Shown here: in pieces, positions 42,905-51,564 of the stretch | How positions within the stretch are numbered: the first letter of the stretch is position 1 | Layout of the letters: each line of letters opens with the position of its first letter | Source of the DNA: an uncultured Dehalococcoidia bacterium | GTDB lineage: Bacteria > Chloroflexota > Dehalococcoidia > SM23-28-2 > RBG-16-64-32 | Assembly (NCBI GenBank): GCA_964558415.1 | Contig: CAZLDI010000010.1 | Span: 37,520-101,519, forward strand | Direction: 5' to 3' | Length of the DNA: 64,000 nt | The notes under the pieces: generated by a model | The model's input: the letters and a program-made list of their open reading frames with translations, nothing else | The model's database searches: none | Told to the model about the DNA's origin: nothing | Translations under genes and position numbers: made by a program

Positions 42905-44654
42905 CGCCGCCGAGCGCGCCGCCCGCCGCTCGGGCGCCGGCTGGTCGCGCACGTTCGGCCTGCTCAACCCGCTGCGCGCCGTCTGGTGGCTGTTCACAAA
43001 CGTCCGCTTCGCCATCATTCTCCTCGCCGTGCTCACCGGCGTCAGCTTAATGGGTGTTCTGTTACCGCAGAAACCACTTGCTGTCCGCGGCGATGTCGTC
43101 CTGGAAGCGGGCTGGTTGGACCGGCAAAACGAACGCTTCGGCGCTCTCACGGATCCCCTTGACCGCGCCGGACTCTTCGACGTCTTTCACGCCGGCTGGT
43201 TCGGTGGCCTCATGGCCATCACCGTTGTCTCCACGGGCGCTTACGTCATCAGCCGCTTCCCCGGCATCTGGCGCGCCATCGCGAAGCCCCGCAAGCGCGT
43301 GCCGGACCGCTATTTCCAGATGGCCCCGAGCCGAGTCGACGTGGCGACTGGCGTCGACCCCGCTCTGTTCGAGCGCGTCCTGCGCAGCGCCCGCTACGAG
43401 GTCGAGCGTTTCGAGGAGGCCGATGGGACCTACTTGTTTGCGGACCGCTTCCCGCTGGCGCAGCTCGGTACTCTCCTAACGCACGTAGCGGTCATCGTTT
43501 TCATCCTCTCCGCCGTCGTTAGCCGCGTTGACGCCTTCTCGTCGACCCTGTTCCTCGCGGAGGGCGGCACCTTGCCGGTTTTTCCCGTCAGCAACCCCAA
43601 CCAGATTCAAGTCGAGCTATTGGACTCCCGCGGTACCTTTGCTGCCGACGGGCAGCCGCTGGATTACCGCTCGGACCTTGTGATCTACCTGCGTGGGGAG
43701 GAGATTCAGCGCTGCTCCTCCACGGTCAACTCCCCGTGCTCGTACAACGGGTACCGTCTCCACCAGTCGGCTTACTTCGGCTTCGGCGCTGCACTGCAGG
43801 TACGGGATCTCGCCAACGGCAACGCGATCTACCACGAGACCCTGGCGCTCAGTGAAACCAGCCCCTCGCCGCACGTCGTGATCAAGGACGCAGACGGACG
43901 GGCGGTCTTTGATGCGGGACTCGTACTGACGGACGTTCTGAGCGGAGAAGACTTCGCCTACGCCGGGACGCTGCTCACACTGCCGGATGGGCGGATACTC
44001 ACCGCCGGACTGCGCACTCCCGCGGGCGGAGGTGAACCGAAGCTGGCCGTGCTTGAGGCTTCCGCCGCCGGTCGGGAGCCCACTCAGCTCTCTTTGCGAG
44101 AGGGCCAGACGGGAACGTCTGGCGGACTCGAAGTCTCTTATCTGGCGCTCGGGTCGATTCCGTCGTCGCTGGTCGAGGACCTGCCGATGCCGGACGGCGC
44201 GGCCATCGCTGATACGGCGCTCCTTCAGATGAACAACGTGGTCTACGGTACCGCGCGCGCCTCCGAGGGTTCCGTTGGCACCGGCCTACCACTGTCAGGG
44301 CCGCCCACGCTCACAGTGAGCGGCCTGGGGCCACGGGCGGCGGTATTGCGCGAAGGTGAGAGCGTCACCGTTGCCGACTACGAGTACACTTTTCTAGGCC
44401 AGCGCGAGTTCTCCGGAATCACAGTACGCAGAGACCGCAGCGATTACCTGGTCTGGGTCGGCGCCGCGGCGATAGTCCTGGGCTTGATGATTACCTTCTG
44501 GGTGCCTCGAAGGAGGCTATGGGCTAAAATAACTGCGACCCGTATCCTACTGGCCGGTCAAGCCGCCAGTCACGCTGACTTCCCACGCGAAATGCGGGAT
44601 ATGCTGCGGAGGTCCGGGGCTGACGTGGCGGAGGACACAGGAGACTATGATTAA
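42891..44654 (+). CDS. resB: Cytochrome c biogenesis protein ResB/Ccs1
   Basis: ATG 42891 gives MATDSAAERAA...LRAVWWLFTNVRFAIILLAVLTGVSLMGVLLPQ, the family N-terminus. A large extracytoplasmic domain and a C-terminal TM follow. Confidence 0.8.
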   Translation: MATDSAAERAARRSGAGWSRTFGLLNPLRAVWWLFTNVRFAIILLAVLTGVSLMGVLLPQKPLAVRGDVVLEAGWLDRQNERFGALTDPLDRAGLFDVFHAGWFGGLMAITVVSTGAYVISRFPGIWRAIAKPRKRVPDRYFQMAPSRVDVATGVDPALFERVLRSARYEVERFEEADGTYLFADRFPLAQLGTLLTHVAVIVFILSAVVSRVDAFSSTLFLAEGGTLPVFPVSNPNQIQVELLDSRGTFAADGQPLDYRSDLVIYLRGEEIQRCSSTVNSPCSYNGYRLHQSAYFGFGAALQVRDLANGNAIYHETLALSETSPSPHVVIKDADGRAVFDAGLVLTDVLSGEDFAYAGTLLTLPDGRILTAGLRTPAGGGEPKLAVLEASAAGREPTQLSLREGQTGTSGGLEVSYLALGSIPSSLVEDLPMPDGAAIADTALLQMNNVVYGTARASEGSVGTGLPLSGPPTLTVSGLGPRAAVLREGESVTVADYEYTFLGQREFSGITVRRDRSDYLVWVGAAAIVLGLMITFWVPRRRLWAKITATRILLAGQAASHADFPREMRDMLRRSGADVAEDTGDYD

Positions 44655-45531
44655 CGCGCTGCTCACGATCGAGATCGGCATCGACCCGGTGATCCTTGAC
44701 GCATTGGGCCTGGAGATCACCTGGCATGGCCTCTTCACCGCCCTCGGTGTTGTGATCGGCGTCGCGGTGGCTACGGCGTTCGCCCGCCGAGCCGGGTACA
44801 ACGAAGATACGATCTACAACGTCGCGCTCTTCCTCGTCATCGGTGGCATCATCGGAGCGCGCGGCCTTTACATCATCGAGAACTTCGGCGACTTCGACGA
44901 CGACCTGACGGATATTTTCGCGGTCAACACCGGCGGCATCTCCATCTACGGCGCGCTAATCGGCGGAACGATCGGCGGCCTGCTGTACTGTGTGATCCGC
45001 CGCGTGCCAGACATCCCCCGCGGCGCCGACATCGCCGTCCTCGGTGGCATCCTCGGAATGGCTGTTGGCCGTATCGGCGACATCATCAACGGCGAGCACT
45101 TCGCCAGCGATACCGAGTATCCGTGGGGAGTCGTCTACACCCATCGCGATAGTCCCAGTTTCGTCCGCTTCGGGCCGGATGCCCTCCCCCAGCACCCTGC
45201 CGTAGCGTACGAGATGATCGGCGACATTCTCATCTTTGGCCTGCTGTTGCTCATTTTCCTCCGCGTCAACCGCCACGGCATCACGTTCTTGGCCTGGGTC
45301 TTCCTTTACGGCTTGTTGCGAACGCTCGTCAGCTTCTTGCGGCAGGACGAGATCATCCTCGTTGGACTGCGCACCGCGCAACTCATCGGCATCGGCGGCA
45401 TGGTGCTGGGACTGGCCGGCATCGCTTACCTCCTCCGATTCGCTCCGAAAGAGGGTCTGGGCAGAGCCGCCAGACGCCGGGCGATCCGCGAGGAACCTGC
45501 CCCCCTCCCCGAGGAGGAGCCCGCGACTTGA
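44647..45531 (+). CDS. lgt: Prolipoprotein diacylglyceryl transferase
   Basis: Motifs: GISIYGALIGG, GRIGDIINGEH and YPWGVVY. Confidence 0.88.
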   Translation: MINALLTIEIGIDPVILDALGLEITWHGLFTALGVVIGVAVATAFARRAGYNEDTIYNVALFLVIGGIIGARGLYIIENFGDFDDDLTDIFAVNTGGISIYGALIGGTIGGLLYCVIRRVPDIPRGADIAVLGGILGMAVGRIGDIINGEHFASDTEYPWGVVYTHRDSPSFVRFGPDALPQHPAVAYEMIGDILIFGLLLLIFLRVNRHGITFLAWVFLYGLLRTLVSFLRQDEIILVGLRTAQLIGIGGMVLGLAGIAYLLRFAPKEGLGRAARRRAIREEPAPLPEEEPAT

Positions 45532-45761
45532 GGGTCACCCTCTACACAAAACCAGACTGTTCGCTCTGCCTCCAGGCCGAAGGCATGCTGCGCGATTTGA
45601 GCCGAGTGATCCGCTTCCAACTTGATCTCGTATACACAGAGGCGGATGATTCGCCGGGCGCTCGCTATCGAGACCGAGTGCCGGTAGTAACCGTGGATGG
45701 TGAGGAGGTGGCCTCGGCCCCGCTGGACGCCAGGCGTCTCAGGCGGATACTCTCCGCCTGA
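45528..45761 (+). CDS. Glutaredoxin-like protein (DUF836-type)
   Basis: VTLYTKPDCSLCLQAEGML...VPVVTVDG. The start is TTG. Confidence 0.7.
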   Translation: MRVTLYTKPDCSLCLQAEGMLRDLSRVIRFQLDLVYTEADDSPGARYRDRVPVVTVDGEEVASAPLDARRLRRILSA

Positions 45762-45859
45762 CCAAGGGCCCCGCACAGGTCTGGTAATGAATCGAGCGTC
45801 TCGGTTGTTACTAATTTGTCACCATTTACTCCTTCTCAACCTTGATAACAGATGGCAGT

Positions 45860-45900
45860 ATGGAATTACCGCGATGAAATTGCACGAATCGCAATTCCAT
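45860..45900. promoter_or_regulatory. Perfect 8-bp inverted repeat ATGGAATT-N25-AATTCCAT in the AT-rich leader of the wHTH gene
   Basis: The arms are at 45860-45867 and 45893-45900, 18 nt upstream of ATG 45918. Confidence 0.4.
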
Positions 45901-45917
45901 AAATCCGAGAGAAGTCG

Positions 45918-46265
45918 ATGATCGTCAACGGCAACAACGTCTCAAACCACTGGTATCTCGTCTCCAGCCATGGCGCAGTCCTGTTCTATATCGCAGTGCG
46001 CCCAGGTTGCACCATCCGCGAGATCGCCGAGACGATGTCGCTGACTCAGCGGACTGTCTGGGGGCTCATCGGAGACCTGCGCCGGGCCGACATGCTTACA
46101 GTGCGTCGCGACGGTCGCAGGCACCACTACACCGTGAACCTGGACGCCCCGTTCCGGCACCCTGTCCTTTCCGGTTTCAGCCTTGGCACGATCCTTAGCG
46201 AGCTTGTGGACCAGTATGCATCCCCTGCTGACCGCGAGCGTCAGCCTGTTGCTGCCGGGCGCTGA
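45918..46265 (+). CDS. Winged-helix (MarR/ArsR-like) transcriptional regulator
   Basis: HGAVLFYIAVRPGCTIREIAETMSLTQRTVWGLIGDLRRADMLTVRRDGRRHHY shows an HTH-plus-wing pattern. Confidence 0.65.
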   Translation: MIVNGNNVSNHWYLVSSHGAVLFYIAVRPGCTIREIAETMSLTQRTVWGLIGDLRRADMLTVRRDGRRHHYTVNLDAPFRHPVLSGFSLGTILSELVDQYASPADRERQPVAAGR

Positions 46266-46366
46266 TCCCCGTAGCGATCGCGCCGCCGCTCCCCTGATTA
46301 CGTCTGGTATACTCTCGGCAGGCGTTAACTCAACGCATGTTATAGTGGGCCCAAAAAGGGGGACGC

Positions 46367-49195
46367 GTGCGAGAATCCTCGCTCCAGCATTTGATTCTGA
46401 GACTTGCGCTTGTGCTCGTCGCCGTGGCGATGGGCGCTCTCGCTGCGCGGCGCGACGACCCTCGCGTAGGCGCCCAGGGCAACTTCACCACCACTGCGTC
46501 TGTCACGCTGTCCAGCACGGCAGCTGCGGCCAACGCCGATCAAACTGTGGTCCTCTGCGTTCCGGCATCATGCCCGGTCGTCCAGGCCGGTGAATTCCCG
46601 CTCGCCTCGCGAACGGACATGAACTTCGCGTCTGTGATCACGCTGCTCCCGGGCGGCGCGACCGTGGCGCCCAGCCCGCCGGTTGCGGGCGCGGGCGACC
46701 CATTACTCGGTGAAATCATCGGTGACCTGGCATGGGAAGCCTCGCTGGGTGCGACCAATCTGTCCTGCGACAGCTACCTGCCGGTGACGTTCAAGTTCAT
46801 GGTCGCCTCGGCTGACAACAGCGCCGCCAATGTGGTCTATCCCTCGCCGCAGAACGAGGCGATCGCCACACCAGGCTCTCCGGGCACGGCGTCAGAGGCG
46901 ATCGGGACGCTGATGCCGCTGCTCAGCGACACCTATGCGATTACCGAGAACAACGGTGGCGCCCCTGACGGCGGCGCGGGAATTGGGAGCGCCCCGCCCG
47001 TCGCCGCCAATGGCATTGCCACACACGTGGAGCGCTACCCGAGCTACTTGAACACCATCTTCAGCAACACCCCGCCACTTGCCCGCTACTCCGGCGGACA
47101 GAACGTCAGCGACAACGTCATGATCTTCAACTATCTCATCTTCTCGCCTGGCGCCCTGGCTGCCGTATCCGCGCCGGACCCGCTGTACGATGTGGCGGCA
47201 ACAAGCCTCGGTTACAGCTTCTTCAGCGTCTTTCAGGACCCGACCGCCGACCCGGCCGCCGCCACAATCACGGACCTCTGCGCCCCGCTGAACGTCGCGT
47301 TCAACATCTACGGCACCAGCCGTGGCAACCCGTGCATCGGCGTCACCGTTGCGCCGTGCCACACCGCCACCGGTGTCAACAACCCTGCCACCGGCGCTTC
47401 CACTGGAAACGTACGCTGGGCGAACCCCGCCACGAGCGGGACTCACTACTTCGGCGCTCTGAGCACCTCGCTGCGAGACAGCGACAGCGATGGCTATGAG
47501 AACGCCCTCGACACCTGTCCGTACGCGATCAACGTAGATAATCCGCGCGACGTCGACGGTGCTGACGACGACGCGCTGGACCCCATTTGCGAAGCGACCC
47601 TCGTCGGCGATTGGGAAGTGGATTGCGCCGCTGGCGAAGCCCTCCCGCTGGACGATGATGGCGACACCTACGTGAATGACGGCTGCCCGACGACTGGTGG
47701 GTTCCCGGAGAGCGGAGTTGCTGGTTGCGCCAACACGATCGACGAAGCCGACGAGGACCCGGGCGTGCCGGTGACCGGCGACGACACAGCAATCAACGAC
47801 GGCTGCCCCGGCGTCAACGTCAATGAGGACGACGACTTTGACGACGACCTTGCATCCAACGGCGGCGTGTGGCTGAACGCGAGCGATAACTGCCCGCAGG
47901 TAGTCAACCCCACGCAGACCGAGAGCGAACGCTCCGAACCGCCACTCGTCAGCCAGCCGCGCGGCGGCTCCGAGGCCGACACCCTGGGCGATGTCTGCGA
48001 CCTTGCCGAGAACCCGAACTGCGCCAACAGCGTCAGCAATGACGATGACGCTCCCCCTGCGACAATCGGTCCAGAAGACGCGATCAATGACGGTTGCCCG
48101 GCAGCTAATGCCGTTGAAGGGGATTGCGCCGCTGGTGAAGCCCTCCCGCTGGATGATGACGCTGATGGTTTCGTCAACGACGGCTGCGCGGCGGTGGGTG
48201 GCACTGAGGACCAGGCGCAGTGCGGCGCCGCGGTCGACAACGACAGCGACGGGCTGACTAACGACGGCTGCGTGCCCGTGGGAACGGCGGAGACCGGCTG
48301 CCTCAACAGAGCAGACGACGAGGACAATCCGAACACCGCAGCCCTGGACGGCGACGGCGCGGTCAACGACGGCTGCCCGAGCAGCAGCCGCGTGGGCAAC
48401 GGCCATTTCCACAGCACGTTCGAACTGCTACCGGTGTGCATTGGCCTGCCGGACCTGGACGGCGACGGCTGGTGTGACCTGGCGGGTACCACCAACGGCC
48501 TGGACGACCCGAGCGACGCCGGTGACGGCGACACCATGCCATGCGAGACCAACGGCAACGACCCGGGCTGTGCCTTCACGCCGGAGCATTACGCTGCGGT
48601 GCGCATCTTCCCGGTGGCCTCCTCCGGTTCCGGCGCCAACCCGCCGGCCTCGGGCGAGCCGCGACAGCCCTGCAACGACGGCATCGACAACGACGGCAAC
48701 GGCGGCATGGACGATCTTGAGACAGACGGCCCAGACGCGGGCACGGTGACGGACTGCAACCCGGCAAGCTGTCCCGGTTCGGCGCCGACATGCGTACTCA
48801 CGGCACCCGACACCGACGGCGACGGCAGCTCTGATGCCGTCGAGGTCTACGTGGGCACGGATCCGCTCGGGCGCTGCGAGCGGGGCAGCTCTGCAACCTC
48901 GACGACGCCGAGCAGCGACTGGCCGATGGACCTGGCCGCCAACGGCGCCTTCAGTGCGGACAGGATCAACGTGTCCGACCTGGCCAGCTACGTGGCGCCG
49001 ACGCGGTACATCGGCACCAGCCCGGGCATACCACCGTTTGACAAGCGTTGGGACGTGTCCCCTGGGACCACGTTCAGCACCTGGATCAACGTAGCGGACC
49101 TGGCGGTCATATCGCAGACCGCTCCGATACCGATGTTCGGCGTGAGAGCATTCGGTGGGCCGACCTGTACAGCGTCCCCGACGCTGGGAGACTAG
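46367..49195 (+). CDS. Large secreted protein with thrombospondin-type-3-like and Cys/Asp-rich (..DDDGD..NDGCP) repeats
   Basis: GTG start after AAAGGGGGA, and a signal/TM LILRLALVLVAVAMGALAA. TSP3-like units: DSDSDGYENALDTCP and DNCPQVVNPTQTE. There are at least 8 units of the form C..G..LPLDDDGDTYVNDGCP / CGAAVDNDSDGLTNDGC / CNDGIDNDGNGGMDD. Confidence 0.8.
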   Translation: MRESSLQHLILRLALVLVAVAMGALAARRDDPRVGAQGNFTTTASVTLSSTAAAANADQTVVLCVPASCPVVQAGEFPLASRTDMNFASVITLLPGGATVAPSPPVAGAGDPLLGEIIGDLAWEASLGATNLSCDSYLPVTFKFMVASADNSAANVVYPSPQNEAIATPGSPGTASEAIGTLMPLLSDTYAITENNGGAPDGGAGIGSAPPVAANGIATHVERYPSYLNTIFSNTPPLARYSGGQNVSDNVMIFNYLIFSPGALAAVSAPDPLYDVAATSLGYSFFSVFQDPTADPAAATITDLCAPLNVAFNIYGTSRGNPCIGVTVAPCHTATGVNNPATGASTGNVRWANPATSGTHYFGALSTSLRDSDSDGYENALDTCPYAINVDNPRDVDGADDDALDPICEATLVGDWEVDCAAGEALPLDDDGDTYVNDGCPTTGGFPESGVAGCANTIDEADEDPGVPVTGDDTAINDGCPGVNVNEDDDFDDDLASNGGVWLNASDNCPQVVNPTQTESERSEPPLVSQPRGGSEADTLGDVCDLAENPNCANSVSNDDDAPPATIGPEDAINDGCPAANAVEGDCAAGEALPLDDDADGFVNDGCAAVGGTEDQAQCGAAVDNDSDGLTNDGCVPVGTAETGCLNRADDEDNPNTAALDGDGAVNDGCPSSSRVGNGHFHSTFELLPVCIGLPDLDGDGWCDLAGTTNGLDDPSDAGDGDTMPCETNGNDPGCAFTPEHYAAVRIFPVASSGSGANPPASGEPRQPCNDGIDNDGNGGMDDLETDGPDAGTVTDCNPASCPGSAPTCVLTAPDTDGDGSSDAVEVYVGTDPLGRCERGSSATSTTPSSDWPMDLAANGAFSADRINVSDLASYVAPTRYIGTSPGIPPFDKRWDVSPGTTFSTWINVADLAVISQTAPIPMFGVRAFGGPTCTASPTLGD

Positions 49196-49303
49196 TGACT
49201 CAGACCGACTGAGAGGCAATGCCGGTCCTGTAGGCAGGTTGATGACGCAACATCATTCATGCTCCGCTTGCACAGGCACACGCCGAACCAGGGTGGCCAC
49301 CGG

Positions 49304-49332
49304 TTTGACACCTTCCCGCAGCCGTGCTAGCA
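49304..49332 (+). promoter_or_regulatory. Promoter TTGACA-17-TAGCAT driving the S-box leader
   Basis: TTGACA at 49304-49309 and TAGCAT at 49327-49332. The aptamer begins about 23 nt downstream. Confidence 0.6.
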
Positions 49333-49354
49333 TGCCAAATACAACCGAATAGGA

Positions 49355-49463
49355 CCTTATCCAGAGAGGTGGAGGGCACGGCCCTGTGAAACCCGGCAAC
49401 CGGTCCCACTCACGACACGGTGCCAACGCCGTCTCCCGCTAACGCGCGGGGGGACGATAAGGG
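49355..49463 (+). promoter_or_regulatory. SAM-I (S-box) riboswitch aptamer
   Basis: CCTTATCCAGAGAGGTGGAGGGCACGGCCCTGTGAAACCCGGCAACC...ACGGTGCCAACGCC...GGGGGACGATAAGGG. This matches the conserved P1 (CTTATC/GATAAG), the GAGGGA-GGCCC kink/junction, and the AACCCGGCAACC and GGTGCCAA cores. Confidence 0.9.
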
Positions 49464-49471
49464 AACTCAAA

Positions 49472-49507
49472 GGCCTCTTCTCACACTGGAAGAGGTTTTC
49501 TGTTTTT
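49472..49507 (+). terminator. Intrinsic terminator of the S-box expression platform
   Basis: ggCCTCTTC-tcacactg-GAAGAGG followed by TTTTCTGTTTTT. Confidence 0.85.
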
Positions 49508-49656
49508 ATGGAGATACCACTTGGCTGAAGTAGACCGGCGAAACATGGCGATGACACGGGTCTCCGCTCCCGGCGCACGGGAGTAAGGGAGGCCCTGCAA
49601 CCAGCGTTCAAGGGCGGCCGGCAGGCCGTAATATCCCTCACCGGAGGACAGTCATC

Positions 49657-50910
49657 GTGACATTCGCCAAAAGCCTTAAATGCAAGGAGTGCGGCCGCGC
49701 CTACCCCCTGGAGCCGGCTCACGTCTGCGAGTTCTGTTTTGGGCCGCTCGAGGCTTTCTACGACTACGCAGCGCTAGGCCGCACTCTGACCCGTGAACGC
49801 ATTGAGCGTGGTCCGCCCACGATGTGGCGCTATGCAGACCTTCTCCCCTGCGAGCCGGAAACGGCCGTCGACATCGGCACGGGGTACACGCCGCTGATTC
49901 GCGCCGCCAACCTGGGCCGCTCCCTGGGGCTGAGCCGCCTCTATCTCAAGAACGACTGCCAGAACCCCACATGGTCGTTCAAGGACCGCGTCGTGTCCGT
50001 CGCCGCCAGCGTCGCCCGCGAGTTTGAGTTCGATACGCTCGCCTGTGCCTCTACGGGCAACCTCGCCAACAGCGTCTCCGCACACGCCGCCCGCGCAGGC
50101 ATGAAGGCGCGAGTCTTTATCCCGGCGGACCTGGAGCAAGGCAAGATTATCGGCTCCGCAATCTACAACCCCACGCTCGTCGCCGTCGAGGGCAGCTATG
50201 ACGAAGTGAACCGCCTCTGCAGCGAGCTGGGGGACAAGTACCCGTGGGCCTTCGTCAACATCAACATGCGGCCGTACTATTCCGAGGGCAGCAAGACGCT
50301 GGGCTACGAGGTCTGCGAGCAACTTGGCTGGCGCGCGCCGGACCATTGCATCGTGCCGCTGGCCAGCGGCTCTCTCTTCACGAAGATCTACAAGGGAATA
50401 AAGGAGCTAGCCTGGCTCGGACTGATCGACTGGGGGCACACGCGCATGAGCGGCGCGCAGGCGGAAGGTTGCTCCCCCATCACGGAAGCTTGGCGCCGTC
50501 ACAGCTACAACATCCGACCGCAGAAGCCTGACACGATCGCTAAGTCGCTCGCTATCGGCAATCCGGCGGACGGCTACTATGCTCTGAAGGTCATGGCCGA
50601 ATCGAACGGCGCCGCCACCGCGGTGAGCGACGACGAGATCGTTGCCGGGATCAGACTCCTCGCGGAGACGGAAGGGATCTTCGCGGAAACGGCCGGCGGC
50701 ACGGTGATCTCCGGTTTGCAGAGGCTCGTCCAGGACGGTCACGTCGCGCCGGATGAGCTTATCGTTGCCTTCATCACGGGCGCCGGCCTGAAGACCCAGG
50801 AGGCCGTCGCCCCATTTCTCGCGCCGGCGCTCAGCGTGCGCCCGACGATCGATTCCTTCGAGAAGGCCCTGACAGAGCGCGAGGGCGTATTGCCCGCGGG
50901 CAGGCGTTAG
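49657..50910 (+). CDS. Threonine synthase-like PLP enzyme with N-terminal Zn ribbon (candidate carrier-thiocarboxylate-dependent homocysteine synthase)
   Basis: GTG start after GGAGGA. Zn ribbon CKECG...CEFC; PLP-lysine context NPTWSFKDR; ASTGN; and the GxGG-like AETAGG. The functional inference comes from the S-box upstream and the carrier gene downstream. Confidence 0.8.
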   Translation: MTFAKSLKCKECGRAYPLEPAHVCEFCFGPLEAFYDYAALGRTLTRERIERGPPTMWRYADLLPCEPETAVDIGTGYTPLIRAANLGRSLGLSRLYLKNDCQNPTWSFKDRVVSVAASVAREFEFDTLACASTGNLANSVSAHAARAGMKARVFIPADLEQGKIIGSAIYNPTLVAVEGSYDEVNRLCSELGDKYPWAFVNINMRPYYSEGSKTLGYEVCEQLGWRAPDHCIVPLASGSLFTKIYKGIKELAWLGLIDWGHTRMSGAQAEGCSPITEAWRRHSYNIRPQKPDTIAKSLAIGNPADGYYALKVMAESNGAATAVSDDEIVAGIRLLAETEGIFAETAGGTVISGLQRLVQDGHVAPDELIVAFITGAGLKTQEAVAPFLAPALSVRPTIDSFEKALTEREGVLPAGRR

Positions 50911-50919
50911 GAGGACGCG

Positions 50920-51162
50920 ATGCCGAAGCTAAAAGTGAAGTTCACCTTCGTCGAAGAGCTGATTAAGGAGCCGATCATCTGGAAGCTCGGCCGCGAATTT
51001 GAACTCGTGACGAATATCCGGCGGGCCGACGTCACGGACGATCGCGGCTGGGTCGTCCTCGAACTCGAAGGCGACCGCGACGAGATCGACCGCGGCATCC
51101 GCTGGGTAGAAGAAAACGGTGTACGCGTCGACTCTGTCTACGAGGACATAGTGGAAGGATAG
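50920..51162 (+). CDS. Stand-alone NIL-domain protein
   Basis: The 80-aa ORF KVKFTFVEELIKEPIIWKLGREFELVTNIRRADVTDDRGWVVLELEGDRDEIDRGIRWVEENGVRV resembles the C-terminal NIL domain of MetN-type ATPases. Confidence 0.65.
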   Translation: MPKLKVKFTFVEELIKEPIIWKLGREFELVTNIRRADVTDDRGWVVLELEGDRDEIDRGIRWVEENGVRVDSVYEDIVEG

Positions 51163-51175
51163 TGAGGACCTGCGA

Positions 51176-51451
51176 ATGAGCATTACGGTCCGGATACCCA
51201 CGCCCCTGCGCAAGCTGACTAACGAAGAGGACGTGGTCTCCGGTGACGGCGGCACACTTCTCGCCTGCATCGACGGGCTCGACGGCCGCTATCCCGGTCT
51301 GAAGGAGCGTCTGTGCGACGAGACCGGCGAGCTGCGTCGCTTCGTCAACGTGTACATCAACGGCGAGGACGTCCGCTTCCAGCAGGGCGTGGAGACCCCG
51401 CTCAAGGCCGGCGACGAGGTCAGCATCGTCCCTGCGGTGGCGGGCGGCTGA
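51176..51451 (+). CDS. MoaD/ThiS/CysO-family sulfur-carrier protein (C-terminal GG)
   Basis: The 91-aa ORF has FVNVYINGEDVRF...GDEVSIVPAVAGG-stop. It is a paralogue of 59551-59823 and of the N-terminal domain of 58448-59539. Confidence 0.85.
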   Translation: MSITVRIPTPLRKLTNEEDVVSGDGGTLLACIDGLDGRYPGLKERLCDETGELRRFVNVYINGEDVRFQQGVETPLKAGDEVSIVPAVAGG

Positions 51452-51564
51452 TTGTCGGTCAAAACCCGTAGTCTTAGCACATTGACAGCGTACGCGCCCG
51501 CGACTAAGGTGAAGCTGGCGAATATGAGAGCCCGCCGTCTTGCGGCGGACACCGGAGGTGGCTG

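Noticed and set aside
42891-45531. Expected ccsA/resC gene after resB
   Set aside because: The gene after resB is clearly lgt (GRIGDIINGEH and related motifs). No CcsA-like WWD-motif protein is present in this window, so it is presumably encoded elsewhere.
46892-48412. 506-aa minus-strand ORF and 47668-48579 ORF antisense to the 942-aa secreted protein gene
   Set aside because: These mirror the repetitive Asp/Gly/Cys-coding DNA, have no independent start signals or motifs, and are antisense artefacts.
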